From an uncultured Acidobacteriaceae bacterium (GTDB lineage Bacteria; Acidobacteriota; Terriglobia; Terriglobales; Acidobacteriaceae): a stretch of DNA of 64,000 nucleotides. A program made the translations under genes and the position numbers. This document shows positions 19,895 through 27,286 of the stretch, one piece after another. Location of the stretch: positions 298,016 to 362,015 of the forward strand of contig CAWKID010000003.1 in assembly GCA_963849545.1 (NCBI GenBank), given 5' to 3'. Under the pieces are notes generated by a model. The model searched no databases, was not told the origin of the DNA, and saw nothing but the letters and a program-made list of their open reading frames with translations. How positions within the stretch are numbered: the first letter of the stretch is position 1; each line of letters opens with the position of its first letter.

Positions 19895-20679
19895 GTGGCC
19901 ATAAAGTTCAAACATCGTCCCGGCCTGGTGGCCTACATCACGTGCGGTGATCCCGATCTCGGCACCTCGCGCGAGGTCGCCCTGGCGGCCATTGGCGCCG
20001 GCGCTGATGTCATCGAGCTGGGAGTTCCCTTCAGCGATCCTGTCGCCGATGGCCCGGTGATTCAGCGCGCCAGTCGAGCGCGCATTGCAACACGGAACCA
20101 ACCTGGCAGGCGTGCTCGATGTCGCGAAGCAGATTCGCAGCACAGTCCGACGCCGGCCTCGTCATCTTTTCGTACCTGAATCCCATCCTGCAATTCGGCC
20201 TCGAAAAATTTTGCGCGAGCGCTGCTGAAGCCGGAGTGGACGGCGTGCTGGTCACTGACCTCCCCTTCGAGGAGGCGGCGGACTATCTGAAGGCGATGAA
20301 GGCACACAAACTCGCGCCCATCTTTCTGGCCGCGCCCACCAGCACTGACGAGCGATTGCGGCAGATCGCGAAGCACTCGCGCGGATTCGTTTATGCCATC
20401 TCGCGCACCGGCATCACCGGCACTCGGCAGGAGGTAGCGGGGGACGCGCACTCGCTGGTCGAGCGCTTGCGCACATACACGAAGCTGCCTGTTGCCGTGG
20501 GCTTCGGCGTTTCCACGCCGGAGCAGTTCAACGAAGTAGGCCGCTTCGCCGATGCGGCTGTCGTAGGCAGCGCAATTGTTCAGCGCATTGAACAGAATCG
20601 CGGCAACGAGGCGGCGGCTGTGGCAGAATTCTTGTCATCCCTCACAGCGGCCGTGCGGCGTGCAGGCGCCAGTTCGTAA
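19895..20679 (+). pseudogene. trpA: tryptophan synthase alpha chain, two +1 frameshifts (about 20068 and about 20135)
   Basis: GTG start, then [21 protein letters not shown]...[21 protein letters not shown]. Frame +1 gives [21 protein letters not shown]. Frame +2 (ORF 20119..20679) gives [20 protein letters not shown]...GVDGVLVTDLP...GFVYAISRTGITG...VGFGVS...VVGSAIV. Confidence 0.85.
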
Positions 20680-20782
20680 ACGAAAGACATATTCACCACG
20701 GAGGCATGGAGTACACGGAGAATTCCTATCGTTCTGTTTTTTCTCCGTGCACTGCACGCCTCGGTGGTGAACCAGGGCATTT

Positions 20783-21083
20783 ATGGACATCGCAGATTGG
20801 CGAAAAAAGATTGACGATCTGGACCGCCAACTGGTCGAGTTGATCAACCAGCGCGCGGTGTGTGCGGTCGAGATCGGTAAGCTCAAGCAGGATGTCGGCT
20901 TTGCCGGTGTACGAACCCGATCGCGAGCGCATCATCTTCGACAATATTGCGAAGCTGAATCATGGGCCGCTTTCGCAGATCCAGTTACGCCAGGTGTATG
21001 AGCGGCTGATCGACGTAATGCGGCAGGTGCAGACCGTGGAGATGAAGCCAGGTCCTGAGCACAACGGGACAGGGAAGCCTTGA
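20783..21083 (+). pseudogene. chorismate mutase (AroQ class), one +1 frameshift near 20897
   Basis: MDIADWRKKIDDLDRQLVELINQRAVCAVEIGKLKQDVG, then in frame +1 LPVYEPDRERIIFDNIAKLNHGPLSQIQLRQVYERLIDVMRQVQ. An extra T in GGCTTTGCCG explains the break. Confidence 0.8.
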
Positions 21084-21097
21084 GATTAAGGAAGCGA

Positions 21098-21184
21098 TAG
21101 GGTCCTTCGACTCCGGCGGCGAAAAACGCACCGCCTGCGCTCAGGTTGACGCAACGACGGCGCGCCTCCGCTCAGCATGACGCC
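21098..21184. repeat. family-A element, right half with duplicated terminus
   Basis: TAGGGTCCTTCGACTCCGGCGGCG...CGCTCAGGTTGACGC...CGCTCAGCATGACGCC. Confidence 0.7.
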
Positions 21185-21281
21185 TTCAAGAACGTTGCGA
21201 GTAGGAGATCAGGGGTCAGAGGTCACCAGCTAGTTGCTAAGAGCTAGAAGCTAAGAGCGAAAGGCGAACAAGGGCTAAATC

Positions 21282-22298
21282 ATGATTGTGGCGATGTGGG
21301 AGACGGCAAGCGAAAGTCAGATTCAGGAGGTTACCAACCATCTGATGAAGATGGGATTTGCCGTACACCGCACTACGGGTGCGCGTCAGAGCGTGCTGGC
21401 GGCTGTCGGCAAGCGTATCGACTTCGACATTCGCGAGCTTGAAGTGCTGCCCGGCGTGCAAGGCGTACACCGCATCAGCGCGCCTTACAAACTCGTCGGG
21501 CGGACCTTTCGCGCTGAGAACACAATTGTCAAGCTGGCGAATGGGGTCGAGATCGGCGGCAAAGAGATCGTCGTGATGGCCGGACCGTGTTCGGTGGAAT
21601 CGCGTGACCAGATCTTCCGCTCGGCCGAGATGGTGAGTAAGGCAGGAGCGAAAGTCCTGCGCGGCGGCGCCTTCAAACCGCGCAGTTCGCCGTACACCTT
21701 CCAGGGGCTCGGGGTTGAAGCGCTGAAGCTTTTGCGCGAGGCCGGCGACGCTTACGGACTGATGGTGATCAGCGAGGTGATGGAGATTTCGCAGATCGAG
21801 CTGATGATGCCCTACATCGACATCTTCCAGGTGGGCGCCCGCAACATGCAGAACTTTAACCTGCTGCGCGAGGTGGGCAAGGTACGCAAGCCGGTGCTGA
21901 TGAAGCGCGGCATCGCGGCGACTATTGAGGAGATGCTGCTGTCGGCCGAGTACATCATGTCGGGCGGCAACTACGACGTGATCTTGTGCGAGCGCGGCAT
22001 CCGCACCTTCGAGACGTACACGCGCAACACCATGGATATTTCGGCGATCCCGGTTGTGCAAAAGCTGTCGCACCTGCCCATCACAGCGGATCCCTCGCAC
22101 GGTACCGGGCTGCGCGATAAAGTCGCGCCGATGGCGAGAGCGTCCGTTGCGGCCGGGGCGGATGCTCTGTTGATCGAGGTGCATCCCTCGCCCGACGAGG
22201 CCCTGTCGGATGGCGCACAGTCGCTCTTCCCGGAACAGTTCACGGAATTGATGGAGCAATTGAGGATGATTGCGCCGGCGGTCGGGCGGACGATTTAG
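21282..22298 (+). CDS. aroF: 3-deoxy-7-phosphoheptulonate (DAHP) synthase, class I-beta with N-terminal ferredoxin-like domain
   Basis: 338-aa intact ORF with [60 protein letters not shown] and [15 protein letters not shown]. Confidence 0.9.
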   Translation: MIVAMWETASESQIQEVTNHLMKMGFAVHRTTGARQSVLAAVGKRIDFDIRELEVLPGVQGVHRISAPYKLVGRTFRAENTIVKLANGVEIGGKEIVVMAGPCSVESRDQIFRSAEMVSKAGAKVLRGGAFKPRSSPYTFQGLGVEALKLLREAGDAYGLMVISEVMEISQIELMMPYIDIFQVGARNMQNFNLLREVGKVRKPVLMKRGIAATIEEMLLSAEYIMSGGNYDVILCERGIRTFETYTRNTMDISAIPVVQKLSHLPITADPSHGTGLRDKVAPMARASVAAGADALLIEVHPSPDEALSDGAQSLFPEQFTELMEQLRMIAPAVGRTI

Positions 22299-22328
22299 GG
22301 GGGCGTCGATTCGTCGCGAAGGTCAAAA

Positions 22329-22372
22329 GCAGATCCCTCGTCGGCCTGAAGGCCTCCTCGGGATGACAACAT
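22329..22372. repeat. family-B element, right half only
   Basis: GCAGATCCCTCGTCGGCCTGAAGGCCTCCTCGGGATGACAAC. Compare the right arms of the complete copies at 49459 and 52058. Confidence 0.7.
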
Positions 22373-22419
22373 AATATTGACAACGATACGGTGCACCTGC
22401 TGATGCGCCCCTTCCACGC

Positions 22420-23283
22420 ATGCCCATCCGCCAAATCACGATTGCTGGCACCGGCCTTATCGGTGGTTCACTTGCTCTCGCCCTGAAGCAGGCCGGATTT
22501 GCCGGGAAGATCGTGGGCTGCGACAAGCGCGCTGTGCTGGAAATAGCGCAAGCTCGCGGCGCCATCGATCGGGCGGAAGCCGATCTGGAGCGCGCCATCG
22601 TGGACAGCGACGTGATCGTGCTCGCCACTCCGGTGGGTTGCATTCTTTCGCAGCTGGAAATCATTGCACCGCTCGTCCCGGCAACCTCGCTCATCACCGA
22701 TGCCGGCAGCACGAAGCAGCGCATCGTTGAACGAGCGCGCGATTTGCTTGGCGAGCGAGCACGCGAGCGGTTCCTACCCGGTCACCCCATGGCCGGCAAG
22801 GAGGTTGGCGGCATCGAGAATGCCGACGCGGAACTCTTCCGCGATGCCGTCTGGCTCATCACTCCAATCGGCGACGATCAACCCTATACCGAACGTCAGC
22901 AGGAGTATCTGGATCTGTTGCTGGCGATCGGCGCGCGCATCATTGCGATGGATGCGGAACGGCATGACCGCCTTTGCGCCTGGATCAGCCACCTGCCCCA
23001 GATGATCGCTACCGCTCTGGCATCTGCGCTGCGTGATGAATTGGGTGACGACGAAGCAGTCAGCGAGATTGGCGGCCGAGCTTTGCGCGAGATGACTCGC
23101 ATTGCCCGTAGCCCTTATTCGATGTGGCGCGATATCGCGCTGACCAACACAGGAAACATCGAGGATGCCATAGCGCGTTTCGAGCAGCAACTGGCGCATC
23201 TGCGGGAGAACCTCCGGGGTCCGGAGCTGCGGGAGATGTTTGAAGAGGCGAACAGGTTTGGAAAAGCAGGGGATAGGGGCTAG
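22420..23283 (+). CDS. tyrA: prephenate (or arogenate) dehydrogenase
   Basis: ITIAGTGLIGGSLALALK Rossmann motif, DVIVLATPV, ITDAGSTK, FLPGHPMAG. 287 aa, intact. Confidence 0.9.
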   Translation: MPIRQITIAGTGLIGGSLALALKQAGFAGKIVGCDKRAVLEIAQARGAIDRAEADLERAIVDSDVIVLATPVGCILSQLEIIAPLVPATSLITDAGSTKQRIVERARDLLGERARERFLPGHPMAGKEVGGIENADAELFRDAVWLITPIGDDQPYTERQQEYLDLLLAIGARIIAMDAERHDRLCAWISHLPQMIATALASALRDELGDDEAVSEIGGRALREMTRIARSPYSMWRDIALTNTGNIEDAIARFEQQLAHLRENLRGPELREMFEEANRFGKAGDRG

Positions 23284-23298
23284 GGGTTTGAAGAAATT

Positions 23299-23317
23299 GG
23301 GCAGCGCTGGGCTGCCC
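23299..23317. terminator. hairpin between convergent tyrA and the MXKDX gene (possible bidirectional terminator)
   Basis: GGGCAGC-GCTGG-GCTGCCC, a 7-bp stem. Flanking T/A-rich runs are weak. Confidence 0.4.
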
Positions 23318-23338
23318 GTCCTGCTGGTTGGCTGCTGA

Positions 23339-23665
23339 TTATTGCTGCTTCATCTGGTCCTGCGACTTCGAATTGTCGTTCTTCATATTGTCGTTCGACA
23401 TGTTGTCATGTTTCATGTTGTCGTTTTTCATCGAGTCACCGGACGAACTCTTCTTGTTCGACTTTTTCTTGCTCGAGGACTTCTTGTTGTTCTGCGACAT
23501 GTTGTCGTTCTTCATGCTGTCGCCCTTCATGTTGTCATTCTTCATCGAGTCGCCGGACTGCATCTGATCCTTGCTGCTGTCCTGCTTCATATTGTCCTGC
23601 GCGAACAACGACATGGAACCGGCCAGCATGCACATGGCCATGATGCTCATGATCTTCTTCTTCAT
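23339..23665 (-). CDS. secreted Met/Lys/Asp-rich pentapeptide-repeat protein (MXKDX-type)
   Basis: MKKKIMSIMAMCMLAGSMSLFAQ signal peptide, then DSMKN/DNMKG/DSMKN/DNMSQ...DSMKN/DNMKH/DNMSN/DNMKN repeats around a KKSSSKKKSNKKSSS spacer. Confidence 0.8.
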   Translation of the reverse strand: MKKKIMSIMAMCMLAGSMSLFAQDNMKQDSSKDQMQSGDSMKNDNMKGDSMKNDNMSQNNKKSSSKKKSNKKSSSGDSMKNDNMKHDNMSNDNMKNDNSKSQDQMKQQ

Positions 23666-23807
23666 AGTTTCCTCTGCGTGTTAAGTTTGGGCGCTCATCG
23701 TCGCCAGAGATGGGAATCGCAAGTCGGTTGGAAGTTACAAGGGATGTGAAATTGGTGCACGCATGTAAGAATTCGTACGCTGGAGAAAATGTTCGTCCCG
23801 GATTACC

Positions 23808-23946
23808 GGTGTCGTCCTGAGCGCGGCAGCGCCTCCTTTGCGCCGCGGAGTCGAAGGACCGCTACCGCCGAACGAACTCTTTTTCGCATAGCGGTCCTCC
23901 TACTGCGTTCGTTCGCTGCGCGGTCTCACTTCGCTCAGGATGGCAC
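23808..23946. repeat. family-A palindromic element (complete, diverged)
   Basis: GGTGTCGTCCTGAGCGCGGC...GGAGTCGAAGGACCGCTACC ... ATAGCGGTCCTCCTAC...CGCTCAGGATGGCACC. Confidence 0.8.
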
Positions 23947-23982
23947 CTCTACTTTGGATTGCTCATGTGATGCTGCGCCTTC

Positions 23983-24723
23983 TCACTGCGCGACCGGAAT
24001 AATTCCCGCGCCCAGGATCTTCTTACTCGCCGAATCCTGCACCAGCACGGCAACTTTCAGTTGAGTGGCGTTCCAGTCGCTCTTGCGAGGAACATCGACG
24101 GTCTTCTGAAAATTGCCGCTTGCCGTCTCGCCGATTTGACTTAGTTGCCGCACGACCGCCGCATGATGCAGCGTTTTGCCGTCGTTCTCGCCCTTCCCTA
24201 CTTGCGTGCTTAGACCGTCCTCGGTGATGGCCAGCAGCACTTCCGCCTTGGTGGCTTGCGGGGAATGCACGCTGACCTGCAGACGTCCATCCCCTTCCCA
24301 GGTCAGCACCACCTGAGTGGGCTTAGGCTGTTTTGCTGCGGCTGCAATGCGCGAGCGGACCTCGCTAAGGTCGTTGCCGACGAACTGTTCATGACCGTCG
24401 ATCACCATCTGCGGCGTATACACGGAGGCATTAAGCGCTTTCGCATACTCGCCCTGGCGTTCGCTGAATTGTTTGGACGAAAAGCGGTCGGTCCATCCAA
24501 TATAGTTCCAGTAATCGACGTGCTCACCCAGCAGGATTACCTCCGCGCCCTTGGTCACAGGCTGCCGGCTCAGCTCAACCAGCACTGCGTCGGCGGGTGG
24601 GCAGCTCGAGCAACCCTCGGAGGTAAATAACTCCACTACAACCGGGTTTTGCGCCGCGCCCGGCATTTGCGAACCCAGGAGCAACAGGACGCCCGCCAAA
24701 ATCATATTAAGCATCTTTTCCAT
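23983..24723 (-). CDS. DUF1223-type thioredoxin-fold secreted protein
   Basis: Start at MEKMLNMILAGVLLLLGSQMPGAAQ. Contains ELFTSEGCSSCPPAD, HVDYWNYIGWTD and YTPQMVIDG, as in DUF1223 proteins. The ORF-track start 24885 would overlap the divergent sigma gene. Confidence 0.8.
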   Translation of the reverse strand: MEKMLNMILAGVLLLLGSQMPGAAQNPVVVELFTSEGCSSCPPADAVLVELSRQPVTKGAEVILLGEHVDYWNYIGWTDRFSSKQFSERQGEYAKALNASVYTPQMVIDGHEQFVGNDLSEVRSRIAAAAKQPKPTQVVLTWEGDGRLQVSVHSPQATKAEVLLAITEDGLSTQVGKGENDGKTLHHAAVVRQLSQIGETASGNFQKTVDVPRKSDWNATQLKVAVLVQDSASKKILGAGIIPVAQ

Positions 24724-24851
24724 GACAAAGGATGAGACCCGCGAAGCGGCAATTGGTTTCAGCCATTTGCCTGTATCTTTTGACCAGTTCGCGTATCGAA
24801 ATCTTGTGGTGTGTAGAATTGCGTACTTCGCGAGCTTCGCTATCTCTTGAC

Positions 24852-25532
24852 GTGACCGCGCAACCGCACAGTCCGGACCCTGCAACCGTTTCGGCGGCCG
24901 CCCGTGATGCCGGCTTGATCGCTCGCGTGCTGGCGGGCGAGCGCGAGCTGTTTCACGAGCTGGTGCGGCCCTACGAGAAGAGCATCTACTTCGCCGCCTT
25001 TTCGATTCTGCAGAACGAGCAGGACGCCGAAGACGCCGCTCAGGAGGCCGTGCTGAAAGCGCTAAAGAACCTGTCCAGCTTTCGCGCCGAGTCCAAGTTC
25101 AGCACCTGGCTGGTCTCCATCACCATTAACGAAGCCCGGGCGCGATTACGTCATGCGCGCGTGCTGAAGTTCGAGTCCGTCGACCAGCCCGCGGAGAACT
25201 CCGATGGCGAGTTCACGCCCGCGCTCATCACCGACTGGCGCGAGGTCCCCCTGCAGGCTCTTGAGCGCAAGGAACTGCGCGAGATGTTACAGAAGGCCAT
25301 CGCCGGGCTGCCGGATATCTATCGCGAGGTACTGCTGTTGCGCGATGTTGAAGATATGAATATTGCCGACTCGGCAAAGGCGCTCGGAGTGAGCGAAGGA
25401 GTGGTGAAGACGCGGCTGTTGCGGGCGCGGCTGATGATGCAGAAGATTCTGGCTCCGCAACTGAAGTCGAAGACGGGCAGCAGGGGCCTGTTTGGATTGT
25501 TTCGTAACAAGGCAGGTGGCGCATGGTTCTGA
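24852..25532 (+). CDS. ECF-type RNA polymerase sigma-70 family factor
   Basis: Region 2 (ELFHELVRPYEKSIYFAAFSIL..DAEDAAQEAVLKA..FRAESKFSTWLVSITINEA) and region 4 (LPDIYREVLLLRDVEDMNIADSAKALGVSEGVVKTRLLRAR). The GTG start at 24852 is my choice; start uncertain. Confidence 0.85.
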   Translation: MTAQPHSPDPATVSAAARDAGLIARVLAGERELFHELVRPYEKSIYFAAFSILQNEQDAEDAAQEAVLKALKNLSSFRAESKFSTWLVSITINEARARLRHARVLKFESVDQPAENSDGEFTPALITDWREVPLQALERKELREMLQKAIAGLPDIYREVLLLRDVEDMNIADSAKALGVSEGVVKTRLLRARLMMQKILAPQLKSKTGSRGLFGLFRNKAGGAWF

Positions 25533-25765
25533 ATTGCCAACACGTGTGGGATCAAATCTCAAACTACATCGATGGCGAGGTCCCGCCGGAGATGCGCGAG
25601 GCCATTGAAGAACACCTGGCCCACTGCCGCCACTGCGCCGCGGTGCTGGATTCGACGCGGAACATCCTGTATTTGATCGCCGACGAGCGCACATTCGAGC
25701 TGCCGGTGGGTTATAGCGACAGGCTGCATGCGCGTTTGAAGGAGGAGATCGGCAGCAGCGAATAG
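25523..25765 (+). CDS. anti-sigma factor, zf-HC2 type, short cytoplasmic form
   Basis: 80 aa, overlaps the sigma gene stop by 10 nt. H-x3-C-x2-C motif EEHLAHCRHCAAVL. Confidence 0.8.
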   Translation: MVLNCQHVWDQISNYIDGEVPPEMREAIEEHLAHCRHCAAVLDSTRNILYLIADERTFELPVGYSDRLHARLKEEIGSSE

Positions 25766-25889
25766 CCGGTTCAGAGCTTCACATTCCACCTGCGAACGCC
25801 ACCGCATCTGCGATATACTGCGCTCAAGCAGAACCTTCCTGGGGCGCAAACGCATCCAGTAACTCTGGGCAGCTCTCCCTCGCTATCGC

Positions 25890-26879
25890 ATGAACGAGAC
25901 GCTCCAATTCGTGGTGCAATACGGCTATGTCTTGCTGTTTGCGTGGGTGTTGGTCGAGCAGGGTGGCCTGCCGATCCCCGCTACACCGCTGCTGCTGGCC
26001 GCGGGCGCGCTCGCCGGCCGCGGACGTATGCACTTTCCGCTGGTGATCCTGGTGGGCACCGCAGCCTGTCTCGGGGCGGATATTTTCTGGTACTCGTTCG
26101 GAAAGCGCCGCGGAGCCGTGGTACTGAATCTGCTCTGCCGCATCGCGCTGGAACCTGACTCATGCGTGCGCCGCACTGAAACCCGCTTTGCCAACTGGGG
26201 TCCGCGCACCCTGCTGTTTTGCAAGTTCGTGCCTGGACTCAACACGGCCGCGCCGGCGCTGGCCGGCATGATCAATCTTCCCTACGCCCGCTTCCTGCTC
26301 TTCGACCTGATTGGAGGATTGCTGTGGACACTGGCGTTTACCACGCTGGGATTTGTGTTCAGCAAGCAACTCGACCGCGTAGCTGCCGACGCACATCTGC
26401 TGAGCGGATGGATCCTGATTGTTTTTCTGGGTGGCGTCATTGCTTACGTGTTGTATCGCTGGCGGGAGCGGCAACGATTCATCGAACAGGTGAAGGGCGA
26501 CCGCATCACGCCTGATGAATTGAAGCATGAGTTGGAAGCCGGCGAACGGCCGACCATCATCGACTTGCGGCATCCGCTGGATGTGCTGACCGATCCGCGC
26601 ACCCTGCCCGGAGCGCTGCAAATTTCACCCGAGGACCTGGAGAAGCGGAACAACGAGATCACGCGCGACGGGGAGATCGTACTCTTCTGCACTTGACCAA
26701 ACGAAGCGACCAGCGCCCGGGTGGCGCTGAAACTCCGCAAGCACGGGATTCGCCATGTGCGTCCGCTGCTGGGCGGCTTTCATGAGTGGAAGAGTTTGGG
26801 ATTTCCGTTGGTGGATATTTCCGAGCCAGGCCCGGAACTTCCCTCCGCCAGCGCGCGTTTCGCAACCGAAGAACAATAA
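25890..26879 (+). CDS. DedA-family membrane protein fused to a C-terminal rhodanese domain; single in-frame TGA at 26694-26696 in the rhodanese active-site loop
   Basis: The N-terminal 190 aa are DedA/SNARE-associated-like (LLFAWVLVEQGGLPIP, FCKFVPGLNTAAP). The rhodanese half reads ITPDELKHELEAGERPTIIDLRHP...GEIVLFCT[TGA]PNEATSARVALKLRKHGIRHVRPLLGGFHEWKSLGFPL. The frame stays open to the TAA at 26877-26879. Confidence 0.8.
26711..26729 (+). promoter_or_regulatory. hairpin 14 nt downstream of the in-frame TGA (SECIS-like candidate)
   Basis: CAGCGCC-CGGGT-GGCGCTG, a perfect 7-bp stem with a G/U-containing 5-nt loop. It lies in codons for SARVAL, so it may be coincidental. Confidence 0.3.
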
Positions 26880-27003
26880 CCGGGTCGATCTTCCCTCTTC
26901 GTTCTTCGCAACCACACCGTAATTTTTGTGGCGATCTTCCACAGTCAGTGCAACAATCGCGGCATCGCTAACCTTCGATCAGACGACGGAGCATTGCGCC
27001 ACA

Positions 27004-27273
27004 ATGCCGAATTTTAAAGAGCGACACTACCTTTGTGAGAGCACGTCCAGCGGCTTCGACAAAGTACTTAACCCTGGCGACCTGGCGCCGTTTCCCGGAA
27101 TTTACCGTTGCGAGTCGTGCGGGTATGAGTGCGTCTCCAAGAAGGGTCACCCTCTGCCTCCAGGCGAAAGCTGTGCGAAACACGAATCGGGCTGGAGGTG
27201 CGAAGATGGTGTGGTGCGCTGGCGGTTAGTAGCTGCCGCAATTCATATGAAAAGGCCTTCTACTCGCAGCTAG
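27004..27273 (+). CDS. small Cys-rich hypothetical protein
   Basis: MPNFKERHYLCESTSSGFDKVLNPGDLAPFPGIYRCESCGYECVSKKGHPLPPGESCAKHESGWRCEDG... has CxxC plus further Cys/His, possibly a zinc ribbon. No family recognised. Confidence 0.45.
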   Translation: MPNFKERHYLCESTSSGFDKVLNPGDLAPFPGIYRCESCGYECVSKKGHPLPPGESCAKHESGWRCEDGVVRWRLVAAAIHMKRPSTRS

Positions 27274-27286
27274 CCCCTCCCGCCAT

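Noticed and set aside
18459-20679. Frame breaks in trpB/trpA (and the other genes) as programmed ribosomal frameshifting or genuine pseudogenisation
   Set aside because: There are too many (dozens), with no shared slippery motif or downstream structure. They occur in unrelated essential genes and are always +1. This fits insertion-type consensus errors far better than biology.
21237-22259. 340-aa minus-strand ORF opposite the class I-beta DAHP synthase
   Set aside because: Antisense shadow ORF. It is Arg/His/Leu-rich nonsense sequence, and the + strand product has every DAHP synthase motif.
23328-23749. + strand ORFs 23328..23567 and 23342..23749 overlapping the MXKDX gene
   Set aside because: They are products of the repetitive low-complexity DNA (poly-Phe/Leu/Val/His translations). 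The minus-strand frame has a proper signal peptide, start context and a recognisable repeat family.
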